The notes beneath the pieces were generated by a model. It did no database searches. It worked only from the letters and a program-made list of their open reading frames with translations, and had not been told where the DNA came from. DNA of 64,000 bases from Gordius albopunctatus. Lineage: Eukaryota. The position numbers and the translations under genes are program-made. This document shows positions 50,901 through 64,000 of this stretch, piece by piece. How positions within the stretch are numbered: the first letter of the stretch is position 1; every line of letters starts with the position of its first letter. The stretch lies in the NCBI GenBank assembly GCA_964276515.1, contig OZ193909.1, positions 13,020,001-13,084,000 on the forward strand, read 5' to 3'.

Positions 50901-52576
50901 TACGAAGTCAAAAAATACATACCAGAGTTACTATTATACGGGAAGTGCTTTAACAACTCGGTGTGTGAACCAGTCGCCGCACCCTCAGGAAATTTAAGTT
51001 ACCACCTAAAAATTCCACTTACGAATCAAGTCTTGAGCTTTAAAGTTAGCAATGATAATTTTTCAGGTTTCTCTTAATTGATAATCACTATTAATAAAAC
51101 ATTCATTTATAAATAACGCGTTGTATGGTCCTTAATTTTCAATACTATTATGACGAATTGCCTAAGTTTCTAAAAATCAAAGTGGAAAAACACCTTACAG
51201 CAGAAATTGCAAAGTTTATCCTCCAAAATTACTCAAATGTTGATGAATATATGAATACTATTAAATCTATTTTTATTAGCAATTAAAGGTTTTCGTGAAT
51301 TTAAGCTTTTAATTTTCCCTGTTAGGTAGCAATGTTGTACCTATTTTCAGTTACTATCCAATATCCATTAATAGGGGTTTAATTATAATACTAATAATTA
51401 AACAGGGTTTTCTTAATTCTCCATAATGCAACCAGATGCGAATAAAGTCTATTAGCGAAATAAAAAACCTTTAATCCTTATTTAAAAATAATAACAAAAA
51501 CTTTGAAATAAATCTCAATTTTCACATTGCCAAATGTAATTTTTATTTGAAATTTTAATTCAACCTCTTCGTTTCATAAAAATTGATAAAAATGACAGTA
51601 TTTTAAGCCAATATTTTTATCAAAAGCTCATTCATCTTTCAGTTGATAATCGTTTAAATGTAGGTTTAAAGTATAGTTAGAATAGTCTTAATAAAATATT
51701 TTTCTCACTTTACCTTTTGAGGAAATGCTAAAAACATTTGAAATTTAACCTATATAAAATTATAGATTAATGACTTTTAGATCACTTTTAATTGCTATAC
51801 TCGCCTATATTGTTCAACAGCTAAGGATTTTTCGAAATTTGCAATTACCAATTGCAAAACGCTTGGTGACTATTACCAAATGTTTTATAATTAATACGTT
51901 CCTTTTTCATAATCGTTTATGACGTTTAAGATAACCATTCCCAGTGTCGTTAAGATAAAATGACCCTATTTAATGTTTTAATCAAGATAGTTAATACTCT
52001 TAATAAAAAATGACCTTATTTTATCGAGATACTTATCAATAGCTAACTACTTTTTTAATATCAAAAAAAAACTTTAAGTATTTATTTTTATAGACATAAA
52101 AAAACTTATATTATGTATCTTTATAGACAAAACGTGGGTGCACCATAAACTTGGTTTCACGTTTTAAGTTCATATTCGGTTTGGAAAACAGTGAAGCATG
52201 CCCAGAATATATAACGGAAAAATATTGGGACATTCCGTTAAATTATGGGGTAGTGCCCATAGTTGGAGGGACTACCAGAGATAATTATGACGAATTGGCC
52301 ATACCTGGTTCATATATTCACGTCGACGATTTTTCCGATTCCAGGGCACTTTCAATTTACCTTCGCAAACTCGATGCAAATCCAGGCTTGCAACTCAAAT
52401 ACTACGATTGGCAATCTCGTTGGTCTATGGCGTATTCCATATCTAATGTTTGGTGTCAATTGTGTCATCGAGTCATTCAAGCGAAATCAGACGAGGCTAA
52501 AGTTTTTGACAGAAATTATAAAATGAAAGGTGACACTTTTTTAAAATGGTGGAACAAATGCGACAATTATTATTGA
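44961..52576 (+). CDS. Alpha-1,3-fucosyltransferase (GT10); exons 44961-45136, 49593-50069, 50857-51044, 52127-52576; start codon uncertain
   Basis: Phase-compatible GT-AG junctions. Type II signal anchor LWPLFTLLGVYFLLISVVYV, TRESP, TY...ADIWFPYG, VSNC...R, YGKC, and FKFIFGLENSEACPEYITEKYW...VVPIV (GT10 motif). Confidence 0.85.
45354..46176. mobile_element. hAT-type MITE nested in a Helentron-like element
   Basis: 8-bp TSD TGTCCAAC, imperfect TIR CAGAGGTCAGA / TCTGGTCTCTG, GCCCG subterminal repeats, internal duplication of the left end near 45516. Confidence 0.8.
46630..47480 (-). mobile_element. Old, diverged RTE LINE fragment
   Basis: Recognisably similar to 36670-37800 (DRLM.V.IA, KKEIQEI.Q.E, IGKALNR.LWWWNQSV), heavily mutated. 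Confidence 0.7.
47650..48966 (+). mobile_element. Helentron/DINE-1-like element with tandem B-box units
   Basis: TTGCTATGCAATTTATG ... CATAAATTGCATAGCAA inverted repeats; same internal units as 9640-10665 (GTGGGTTCGAATCCCGG followed by a T-run). Confidence 0.65.
50622..50830 (+). mobile_element. Head fragment of the Helentron/DINE-1-like family
   Basis: AATTGCTATGCAATTTATGGGCTCGCTTTTGGTT(GTCC)n; body similar to 46185-46320. Confidence 0.65.
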
Positions 52577-54861
52577 CGTCCTCAACATAACTTTGAACTA
52601 TAGGATTTAAAATAACACCTTTTAGATATAAACGTCTTGTATTATATTTTAAATTTAAACATGATGTTTTGTTCAATATTTGTATATAATAAAGTCTTAA
52701 CACTATAGCAAGTTGTTGCGCATTTAAAGAAGTTTGTAATATTTCATTGGCGTGGCGTCACAATAAGATCGACTTAGTATTTTTCGATATTTTTAAGCAA
52801 TATTAATTTAGTGAAACCTTGTGACAAGATACCTCTAATTTTAATATTTAATTTTTGTTGTCTTCGCATAAATGTTTTTAAGATGATATAAGTGTTCACT
52901 TCAGGGAATATACAATACACAATCGAAATTTATTATATTCCCCAGACCAAGATCACAATTATTGAATGATGATAAAAATTAGTGTATTCCAGTATTCACG
53001 AGACAAAGACAATAATAAATCTAATCGAATCCATCAATATATAAACATAAATTGCATAGCAATTAAAAATTTGTGTGTGTGTTGTCTTCCTCGTCTTTCC
53101 CTTTTTTTAATCACTTCATATGTCTATATCCTTCGGTCATACTATTTGTTTTTACTTTATTCTCCACACCCGCCTTTGTGTCGATACGTGTCGTTTGACT
53201 AAACACAACAATAAGCAATCTTAATATTAAAGATCTGACTTGGGCTCGAACCCAGAGGTTGGGCAAGGCTCGCAAAATTTTAATAAAAAGATCGAATCTT
53301 AAATTTACGTCGTAGGAGCTCGACCCGGGGCGTGGGCCTGGACTGAAGCGCCAGTCAACAATTTAAAAAATATCTTTCATAACCTGTTTCTATCTAAATA
53401 TATAATGTCAGATTTTCAATCACCAGCCGATCAATTCCAATTATATCCATTTTTTGTTCAAAATTGGAAGGTTTCATTCTATTTAAAAAATACTTATAAA
53501 TATATAAAGTGGCTAATGGACTTTGATACAAAAAAACAAATCATTGAGAATGGATATTATTAAGAGTGAATTCAAATTTTAGTATTTAACATTTCGTTTA
53601 TTACATTTTAAAACTTTGGTAGACGAAATTATAGCAAGATGTATCAGAATGGGCACAGTCTCGAATAGGGCCAAAAGGTAAGAGAACTTCGGCCTTGGGT
53701 CGGTTTCGGACAAATTCCGGTTTCCCCTAAATATCATAACACCAATGACAAATTAATGTTATACGAGGTAAAATTGCATTGTAAAGTAATTCTACGCGAG
53801 ATTGATCTAGTCAAGATAGATTTTTAATCATATGGTCAGGGACAGATAATAAGTGATTATTTTATCAAAAAATCGATTTAGGATTGAATTCTGACAGGTA
53901 TGATCCATAGGTTATTATATAAAAGAGAAAGAGAAACTTTAACCATTAATATAGGTTTATTGATAAGTATTCAATTATGTGAATTTTATCAGGAGGAACA
54001 AACAATATAAGATTTTTTGATAAAAGATTCATAGTTGCTCTTACAGCAGAATTAAGTCATTAGAAAACTTAATCTATCGCTTAGAATTTTGACTTATCAT
54101 TTGGCTATTAAGCACAACCTTGAGTTATCTTCTAACTCATTGAGAACCTAATTAATTTTTTACCTTATCGATTAATTTGAAGTGAATGATATAAAAAAAC
54201 AAAGAAAATAAAAGGTATACTTGCATTCTTTGCAAAAGGAATTTCCAAATATTTTAAATCACCAAAAGCAATATTTGTATAAATGTAATTAAAACAACAC
54301 ATGATATAAAAATTAAACTATGTTTTGCGAAAGGGTGGTTTAGAGACCTGCACGGGTGACCCGTCGGGTCGGGTTCGGGTTGAAAATTTGAAAATGCTTT
54401 CGGGTCGGGTCGGGTTGGATTTAAAGTGTCCGGTCAACGGGTATACACAGAACACTTTTAAATTAATGTTATTATGTATAATATTTAATTAATATCGAAA
54501 TGTATAATGGAAGATCATTTATTTAGTTAAAATTTCCTTTTGTTTATCTAAATCTGATTTTTTCCATTTAGACGCAAATTTTAGTTTGACTCTTTAAAGG
54601 TAAAATATATCAACAAAATAATATTTTTAATTGTATATAGTGTGAAGTGTTAGTTCATTATTTATTTAAACTACATAAAGTTTAAATTTCTTAAACGTTC
54701 ATTTGCAAAGCTAGATATTTCACATTAATTGCGACACTATATTAAGGGTGATATCATATTTATACATCACTATAATAAATCAATCAAATAAATTTAGTAA
54801 TCGAAATCTATGGTATGAATTTATTCCGCAAATCGCACTTTAATTTGTCTATTAAATCTTA

Positions 54862-55520
54862 GGGCTTGTTTTAATATCGGATTCAGATTCAAAACGCGCG
54901 AATTTTTTTCGTCCATATATGGGTTTCAAGTTCTTGTTTGAAACTCGAATGTTATTATTAATTTTTCTTAGCCGTTTATAAAAAACAAGTAGTAGAAAGA
55001 AAAAAAAGCATATTTTATTAAAGAAGTAATATATCTGGAGAATATAATCAGATTTTTGATGATATAGGTAGTAGTGAGCAGAACTTTTTTAAGTACACTA
55101 AAATGTCTCCTTTAATATTCTATTAATTATTAAGTAAAATTGTTAAAGATATAGAGCAGCATTTAAAGTTATTTCCATACCTCCAGCAGAAAGACTTATG
55201 TTAACATTAATTGAAAAATTATAACAAATGTAAGGTATCTAATCAAATGATGGTTACTTTCCTGGTACCCAGATTAAAGCCCTATGTATTCATTGCAGAG
55301 GAAGCATTTCAATTATCCAACTTTTTGCTAAAACCCTATTCATTCAAGAACATTGGATGATGAGAAAATTGTATTTAATATAATAAAAGATTATCTAAGG
55401 CTAGAAATAGTGTTGAATACTCTTTTGGCATACTAACTGCTAAATTTAATATATTTAATATATCCATTAGGGCTACACTTGAAAATGCAGGTATTCTACA
55501 CAATATACTTATAGATAAGG
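54862..55520 (+). mobile_element. Decayed PIF/Harbinger transposon
   Basis: Starts with TIR GGGCTTGTTTTAATATCGGATT; translated remnants IPPAERLMLTL, FIAEEAFQL...LLKPY and RLSKARNSVEYSFGIL. Confidence 0.75.
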
Positions 55521-55934
55521 ATCAAAAAGGCAGTAGCGTCGGGCCCCCCAAGACCAAAAACCGGGCCCCATAGCTCCCCCCCTCCCAAGGGAATAATCTT
55601 GGGCCCCGTAAGCCATTTTTTTATTTTATCTTAATTAAGAAAAATTATGAAGATAAATTATTTGTTTTTTAATATAACTTTTAATTATAACATAAAGCCC
55701 AAATATTTGTTTAATAAATGCAATTTCAACGGTTAATAGCCTAATATTAATTTCAAATGATATTAGAAATGAGGATCACTATCAAATTCTTTATAATAAG
55801 GCAAAAGATTTAGCTTCTATTTATGATTTAGTACCTTCTAAAAGTATTAAAAAACCAAAAAAGTATGACACTTTTTACTCTTTTGAATCTACCAATGGGG
55901 GGGGGGGGGGGTTGTTGGTCTGCCGGTTATATTT

Positions 55935-56308
55935 TCTTAACCAATCTTAAATTATACCCTTTTTTATCGCATCACTTTGTTATACATGGAAAAATTTAAT
56001 ACAGAATTATGATTCTAAATTTAGTAATTATTGTATTTCGAGAAACTTTAGCCTTCTATGTATGACGTCATTATTGTATATGATGCTATAAATGAAACTG
56101 GCCGGGAAATATCCGATAAATGTCCGATATTTTTAAAACTAAAAGGAATTTTAGGATTCTGCAAACGCTATTTTACCCCTGGCCGCCCTGGGAACCTACG
56201 GCTACGGGTAAAGTTTCGCGCGAATCGGGTTGGTAGTTTCAGAATTTAGCCCTTATCCACATACATACATACACATATATAAACACTTTACTTTATATAT
56301 ATATAGAT
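55935..56308 (-). mobile_element. Probable non-autonomous Helitron fragment
   Basis: Minus-strand start A|TC-TATATATATAAAG with a TATG microsatellite and AAACTACC..CCGATT, as in 3438-3780; 3' end unclear. Confidence 0.5.
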
Positions 56309-56370
56309 AATTAACCATTATGAATTAAAACTGCAAGATGCCGAAATAATAATGGCAAAAAATTATGCAA

Positions 56371-58838
56371 TCTATATATATAAAAATCTAAGTCCCGTTT
56401 TTTTGTACGCTAATAACTTTTAGAGTTCTCAACCGATTGCCACCAAATTTGGCCAGATTATTGCCTTATCATTGTAGATGGTTTATAGATACTTTTTATC
56501 ACACTACGACAGCGGTAACCATGTTTTTTAATTGGTTGGCGCCATCTAGCGGATAATTTATACTGCGTTGTTTGTACTTATTTATCGTTATGGTTCTACT
56601 TTTTGCCTTAAACTTTTTTCCACGATTGCTTTGTCATTTGTGTCTCAATTTTTTACTCAACTACGCCCGTTTTCTTTACAATATATAAATCTGTAACCAA
56701 TAAATATTCTAGATACTGTAATACATCACCATATACTTAAATGAATATAACGCGCGCTTTTAGAAACATTCCCACGTTTTGTGATTTTTTTCTATTTTTA
56801 CGAAGTTCGAAGTAATATTTGCACATTTCCACGTTTGTGATCTGTGTCAGGAATCCATCTATTTAATACAATTAAAGTAAAATTTGCACATTCACACGTT
56901 TGTGATCTGTGACAGGATAAGGTAAGTTCATCATATTGAAAATCTATATATTTAATATAATTAAATTTTCATGGCAATGCAATGCCATCTTAAATGCTAA
57001 TTTCATATTTATATCTTTTTAATATCCCAAAATGAAATAGCCGTGGCTCTTGCATCTTCCGGAATAGCTGCGACATTGTTGCCTGGTGGTAAAACTGCAC
57101 ATTCTCCTTTAAAATTGCCTTTAAACATTCATTATAGTGAAACTCCCATGTGCAACGTTTCACGAGCATCTAGAATGGGTAAAGTTGCACAATGGCCCAT
57201 AAAAAATCGTTCGAAGCTCTAGATCGTTCTTTGCAAGATTTGCGGCGCGATTCCAGATCTTTTGGTGGCGCATTTTTATTGCTTGCATGAGATTTTAGGC
57301 AAACTTTACCAGTGCTTTCTCGATTAACCCCTGCTGACGAGATCAATGCTTGCCTTAAATATTCTATTTTATGGCCTTACGTCAAAACCTTACATTTAAC
57401 TACTAATATGCGTGTAGTGTTACAAAATGAACAAGCATGTGAGTTATTCTCCCATCAATTGCTAGAAATTGGAAACGGAACCATGCCCGTTGATATAAAC
57501 TCAGGACGGATTTCATTTCCTAACAACTTATGCCATTTTTTGCCTTCCAAAACAGCTTTGGTGGAAAACGTTTTTCCAAATATTAACACCCATTATCTAG
57601 ATCCAATTTGGCTCCGTCAACGGGCAATTCTCGCCCCAAAGAATAAAAACGTCCACGAACTTAACAATCTCATTCTGTCTACCATTCACAGCAGTCCTGT
57701 CGGTTGACACTTTTGTTAGTGCTGATGATGCTGTTAATTATCCGATCGAATTTTTAAATTCGCTAGATCTTCCAGGCGTACCACCACACGTTTTGCATTT
57801 GAAAATTGGGGTACCGATCATCATGTTGCGCAATATTAATCAGCCAAAACTTTGCAATGGCACACGTCTTGCTATTAAACGCTTAATGTGCAACGTTGTT
57901 GAGGCCACGATTTTGACTGGACCTTTCACGGGAGAAGATGTCTTCATACCACGGATCCCTTTAATTCCAACAGATATGCCCTTTGAATTTAAAAGATTGC
58001 AATTTCCTTTCAAACTCGCATTTGCTATAACCATTAACAAAGCTCAAGGCCAGTCCCTTGAAATTTGTGGAATCGATTTAGAAACAGATTGCTTCTCACA
58101 TGGACAATTATATGTTGCATGTTCGCGCGTCGGCAATCCACTAAATCTCTATATATACACAGAAAATAACATGACCAAAAATATTGTCTATCCCCAAGCA
58201 TTATAGCAATTTGTTCCTTTCTAAGGCAGAAGTTAAGCTGCGAAGCATCTCTTACCCGACCCTACAACCCTCTTTATAACGCCTCACTACTTTTCTAAAG
58301 TTAGTGTCATTTCTATTTATCTACTTATAACTTTTAGCAATTACCATCAAAGCCCATTGATTTTATATTTCTTTTAGCATTTCTCCCCTTTTTATTACGT
58401 CAGAGTATTATAACCAAATTTGACGAGACATTCACAAGAAGATATAATACTGTACGTGTATTACCTTATTCTTCATAAGACAGACCTATCTTTGATTTAC
58501 CCTTTATCCATCAACTTTCCCTTGCAGGTTTTATTTTACTATTTACATCATTTTTTACATTATACTTTCAGCCAAAATCTTCATGCAGCTCTTTATTACC
58601 CATACATGATTATAAGTTTTTTATATTTTAATGCTTATATACTCTTATAAGCATTTATAAATATTTTATATCGCTCTTAAATGAATATTATGGATATTTA
58701 TTTGCATTAGCATTCGGACCTTTCACATTATAAATTATTTCATATATGACCCCATTTTAGATAAGTCTTATCAATAGGTTATACTTATTTAACCACTTAA
58801 GGACTGAGCCAAAGCAACGCTTGGCCGGGCACAGCTAG
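56371..58838 (+). mobile_element. Internally deleted Helitron with a PIF1-like helicase remnant (about 57035-58206)
   Basis: A|TC start; 3' hairpin GCCAAAGCAACGCTTGGC followed by CTAG; motifs ASSGIAATLLPGGKTAHS, LCNGTRL, FAITINKAQGQSL and FSHGQLYVACSRV. Confidence 0.93.
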
Positions 58839-60830
58839 TCTATATATATATAAATCTAAGTCCCGTTTTTTTGTACGCTAATAACTTTTAGAGTTCTCAA
58901 CCGATTGACACCAAATTTGGCCAGATTATTGCCTTATCATTGTAGATGGTTTATAGATACTTTTTATCAAGCTGCGACAGCGGGAACCATGTTTTTTAAC
59001 TTGGTTACCGCCATCTAGCGGACGTCAGCTACAACGCTTATCTCGATTATTATTTTATGTTAGAGTTGTGCTCATAGTTTTAAATGTTTTTCTACTAAAC
59101 TTTTGTCACATATTTCACTATTTTTATTCACCTTTGGGTTCTTTTTTACAATATATATATATCTGTTACAACTAAATAATTAAAAACCGTAAAACATCAA
59201 AAATTTTATAATATAAAAAAGGCGCGTGCTCTGTTTAAGGATTACGTATCTAAACGTTTGACGTGAAAATATTGTTATAATAATCAAAGCGCGCATCAAG
59301 AGTAATAAGTTTCATTTAATAAAAGCAGCCCACTTCAAGATATTACAAATAATTTCTCCATATGTTGGCTTATATTTCTGAAAAGTCTAAACCAAAGAAC
59401 ACAACACATCATGCATTAGAAACAACTGAAATCACTGCTGTTTAAGTAACCTCAATTTTATTACTTTAATAATTCTTTAGCATACAAAGTTTCATTTAAT
59501 AAAAACAGCCCACTTCAAGATATTACAAATAATTTCTCCATATGTTGGCTTATATTTCTGAAAAGTCTAAACCAAAGAACACAACACATCATGCATTAGA
59601 AACAACTGAAATCACTGCTGTTTAAGTAACCTCAATTTTATTACTTTAATAATTCTTTAGCATACAAAGTTTCATTTAATAAAAACAGCCCACTTCAAGA
59701 TATTACAAATAATTTCTCCATATGTTGCCTTATATTTCTGAAAAGTCTAAACCAAAGAACACAACACATCATGCATTAGAAACAACTGAAATCACTGCTG
59801 TTTAAGTAACCTCAATTTTATTACTTTAATAATTCTTTAGCATACAAAGTTTCATTTAATAAAAACAGCCCACTTCAAGATATTACAAATAATTTCTCCA
59901 TATGTTGGCTTATATTTCTGAAAAGTTTAAACCAAAGAACACAACACATCATGCATTAGAAACAACTGAAATCACTGCTGTTTAAGTAACCTCAATTTTA
60001 TTACTTTAATAATTCTTTAGCATACAAAGTTTCATTTAATAAAAACAGCCCACTTCAAGATATTACAAATAATTTCTCCATATGTTGCCTTATATTTCTG
60101 AAAAGTCTAAACCAAAGAACACAACACATCATGCATTAGAAACAACTGAAATCACTGCTGTTTAAGTAACCTCAATTTTATTACTTTAATAATTCTTTAG
60201 CATACAAAGTTTCATTTAATAAAAACAGCCCACTTCAAGATATTACAAATAATTTCTCCATATGTTGCCTTATATTTCTGAAAAGTCTAAAAAGTCTAAA
60301 CCCAAGAACACAACACATCATGCATTAGAAACAACTGAAATCACTGCTGTTTAAGTAACCTCAATTTTATTACACTACATTTTTGCTTTTATAATTATTT
60401 AAGCCCACTTCAAGATATTACAAATAATTTCTCCATATGTTGCCTTATATTTCTGAAAAGTCTAAACCCAAGAACACAACACATCGTGCATTAGAAACAA
60501 CTGAAATCACTGCTGTTTAAGTAACCTCAATTTTATTACACTACATTTTTGCTTTAATAATTATTTAAGCCCAGTTCAAGATATTACAAATAATTTCTCC
60601 ATATGTTGCCTTATATTTCTCAAAAGTCTAAACCCAAGAACACAACACATCATGCATTAGAAACAACTGAAATCACTGCTGTTTAAGTAACCTCAATTTT
60701 ATTACACTACATTTTTACTTTAATAATTTTTTAGCATACAAAGTTTCATTTAATAAAAACAGCCAACTTCAAGATATTACAAATAATTTCTCCATACGTT
60801 GCCTTATATTTCTGAAAAGTCTAAACCCAA
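58839..60830 (+). mobile_element. Second Helitron copy, head-to-tail with the first, 3'-truncated
   Basis: CTAG|TC junction; first ~180 bp nearly identical to 56371-56550. Confidence 0.85.
59307..60830. repeat. 180-bp AT-rich tandem satellite (about 8.5 units; later units shorter and variant)
   Basis: TATTACAAATAATTTCTCCA recurs at 59341, 59521, 59701, 59881, 60061 and 60241, then at altered spacing. Confidence 0.95.
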
Positions 60831-60834
60831 GGAA

Positions 60835-62236
60835 AAAAAATTTCCAATCAAACCTTGGCCATTGGTCATTTTTTCTATCACAATTTGGCCAATGGTCATG
60901 TTTTCATAGGTCAGTAGCCAGGACACGGTCAAAAAGGATATAAATACATAATAAACTACGAAAAAAAATTCGATTCACACTTTGGCCAATGGTCATTTTT
61001 TTATTGGTCAGTAGCCGCCAGGGAATGGTCAAAAGGATATAAATACAGAATCCGAGTCAACTGAGAAACATACAACTGAACAAAGACGATGCTTTTAAAA
61101 CATAGGAACATACGATTCTAAAGTTAAATTTGCATAATGTCATAACTTTTATAATAAATATAAAAAGCTATAAATGGCACAACACGAAACTAATTAAAGA
61201 TAATGCATGAAATGGTGAGATTAGGTTCGTTTAGGTGAGATTAGGTGGTTGTTGTTCGGCTGACCGGTTGTCGGCTGAATTGAAAGGATAAATACATAAA
61301 AGACGGAAAAAAATTCGATTCACACTTTGGCCAAAAGTCATTATTTCCATTTGTCAGCAGCAAGGAGACGGTCAAAAAGGATATAAATACATAAGAGACG
61401 AAAAAAACGGGAAATAAATTCGATTGATACTTTGGCCAATGGTCAAATTTTTCATTGGACAGTAGCCAGCGGACGGCCAAAAAGTCATATTATCAATGGT
61501 ATTAACAAGAACAATATATTAATTTAAAAAAAATATAAAAAAATTGTCCTCTCTGGGATTCGAACCCACATCCCTAGAGGCATAAGCCTTTGTAGCGGCA
61601 CAGGGACCCATATCACTAGAGTCATAGTCCCTTGTAGGGGAGGGCATAGGGTCATTATCAATGTTAACTTAATATACCAATTTAAAAACGAAAAAAAAAT
61701 TTCGAATCACAATTTGGCCAATGGTCATTTTTTTCATTGGTCAGTAGCCAACGGACTGCCAAAAAGTCATATTATCAATGGTATTAACAAGAACAATATA
61801 TTAATTTAATTTAAAAAAAAATAAAAATTTGTCCTCACCGGGTATCGAAAAGCAATTAGGAATTTGTACTCGCCGGGATTCGAACCCAGTAGAGGCATAG
61901 GCTTTTGTACGGGGGAGGCACAGGGACCCATATCGATATCAGTAGAGGCATAGGTCCTTCTAGGGGAGGTCATAAGGTAATTATCAATGTTAACCTAATA
62001 TACCAATTCAAAAACGAAAAAAAATTTCGAATCACAATTTGGCCAATGGTCAATTTTTTAATTGGTTAGTAGCCAGCGGACGGCCAAAGAGTCATATTAT
62101 CAATGGTATTAACAAGAACAATATATTAATTTAAATTTTAAAAAAAAATTTGTCCTCTCCGGGTATCGAATCAGCAAGTCAGAACGTTGAAAGGAAAGAC
62201 AACAAAAAGCGAGCCCATAAATTGCATAGCAATTAA
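60835..62236 (-). mobile_element. Helentron/DINE-1-like element, third large copy with tandem units
   Basis: Head GAGCCCATAAATTGCATAGCAATTAA at 62211-62236; same TTGGCCAATGGTCA and GGGATTCGAACCC units. Confidence 0.65.
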
Positions 62237-62496
62237 AAATATTGAATTGGGTAGATATAATCATTTAGACAAAATTGTAAAAACTGCGATTAAAGTTTGT
62301 TTAATAATATAGCGTCACAAATATTTTGTAAAATATTAATTTATTGATGTTCGTTTTAATTTATAAACTAGTGAGGAGGAAGGTTTATTGACTGTTATAG
62401 CGCAAAATACACCAATTGCTCTCTTAAAAATGGAGGAAAATTTGAGACACAATTAACCATATGCATCATATGGCATCATGAGCAATCTATCTAGTC

Positions 62497-63165
62497 TAGG
62501 GCTGCACCGATATTGGTATCGGTATCGGTACCGATACCACAATTTTTTACCGATATCGGTATCGGTTATTAATCGTACCGATACCGATACTTGAAACTTT
62601 TTTTTACAAATATTATATTTGTTAGAGCTGTATATCTATATACTTTTTAAATTAAATTTTACTTAATTGCTATTAAATCTAATTTATTTTTTCATTGATT
62701 CATTCATTCAAATTTCTACCGCCACATGTAAGTTAGTTCGTATTTACAATTTATAATATAATGTATTTAGGTCTAAATCTAAAAGCAAGTCATTAATTTG
62801 GAATTATTTTATAATTGATGAGAACTCAGCGTAAACCCATTAGAATATTGGGCAACAAATAGTTCCGATTTCCCATTATTAGCAACACTGGCCAGAAAAT
62901 ATCTGTCGTCACCCGCCGCATCTATCCCTTCTGAATCTATTTTTAGTATAACTGGTGATATCGATAATCCACATAGAAGATCTCTTCTACCTGAGACTAT
63001 CGAAAAATTACTATTTATGAAAAAAAATTTGGAATATTTCAAATAAAGCTTTATAAATATTAACAAGTCTAATTTTTATAAGATGTAAAATATCGGTATC
63101 GGTATATTTATCTAAATATCGGTAGTATCGGTATCGGTTAAAAATTTGGTATCGGTGCAGCCCTA
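62497..63165 (+). mobile_element. Deleted hAT transposon
   Basis: TIR TAGGGCTGCACCGATA, 8-bp TSD ATCTAGTC, GGTATC subterminal repeats, dimerization remnant FPLLATLARKYLSSPAASIPSESIFS. Confidence 0.92.
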
Positions 63166-64000
63166 ATCTAGTCTATGGTTCGGGGAAAAAGTATGTTTGC
63201 AGTTCTCTAGTGAGACTTATAGCCGTTTACTTTATATACGAATAGGGTGGAACTTACTATGTATTTAAATAAGTTGTTAACACTTAAGTAAGCACGTAAT
63301 CTAGGTTGCCATTAGGGCTCTTAGCGTTATCATCTTTATTGTAGAAAATATTCATTGCATAGCTTTAATTCGCAAACTTTTACCTTGTGGTCACTATTAT
63401 AGATGAAACCGGTATTTTATTATTTATCGTATTTTTCATTGTATTTACTTTAACATTGCAAGACAACCGATGATCTCATTGCAAAGGTAAATTAGACTAA
63501 GGTTCCTAGCTAAGCGGGCTTTCCGTTTCTGTTCAAAAAGAAATCTCTTCAAAAAAAGCTAATAAAAAAAATCTAGACCCTAAAATGTACTTGATAGTAA
63601 ATTTGAAAATAAAATTTAAATATTGAAAATATAAAAATGGGTTAGATATTCAAAAATAGAATTTTTAACAATAAGATCTAATAATTAGATTTAAATAAGA
63701 TATCTAAAAATAGTATAGATATTCAAAAATGGTATAAAAAATGGGATATTCAAAAATGGTGGGAAAACTCCCGTTAGAAGGTTAAACTAAATTGCGAAAG
63801 AATCTTAAATCCATGGATTAATCTAAATTGCGGGAGGATACGTTTAAATTCTCAATTACGTATTATGCACTATACGCAGAAATTGCCAATTATTCCTAAA
63901 TTTACATTAGATTGTATGCACTATACGTCGAAATTGCCAAATGTTACTATTAATTTATTAGCATTTTTTCTGATCAGCTTTTTTTGAAGAGCTTTATTTT

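Noticed and set aside
53230..53360. SINE/tRNA-like element (GGGTTCGAGCCC on the minus strand)
   Set aside because: Too degenerate to define boundaries or an A-box.
59307..60830. CRISPR-like array
   Set aside because: Whole units repeat with no unique spacers, there are no cas genes, and the context is eukaryotic.
63860..63945. 26-bp direct repeat TATGCACTATACG..GAAATTGCCAA
   Set aside because: Only two copies at the window edge; no interpretable context.

Overview
AT-rich, intron-containing animal (invertebrate-type) genomic DNA; the taxon cannot be fixed from sequence alone. Host genes: the last two exons of a WAVE/SCAR (WASF) gene (+, 2-1232), an intronless LRR transmembrane protein (-, 1846-3288), mitochondrial ribosomal protein S22 (+, 4 exons), a complete 17-exon STT3B oligosaccharyltransferase (-, 23043-33541) and a GT10 alpha-1,3-fucosyltransferase (+, about 44961-52576). 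Most of the rest is nested transposon material: hAT elements and MITEs with 8-bp TSDs, Harbinger, Helitrons (one head-to-tail pair carrying a 180-bp satellite), Helentron/DINE-1-like elements whose tandem arrays contain tRNA T-arm/B-box motifs, Gypsy remnants, a small two-LTR element with a tRNA-Trp PBS, RTE LINEs and an RLE-type LINE. The strongest non-obvious signal is a type-P1 twister ribozyme at the exact 5' end of two RTE LINE copies. One copy has an intact core and the other has lost the catalytic G. Also notable are many 34-45 nt introns and an abrupt switch within STT3B from CpG-poor exons with micro-introns to CpG-rich exons with long introns. Exon structures were derived by hand from GT-AG sites, frame continuity and recognised protein motifs; no database searches were run.
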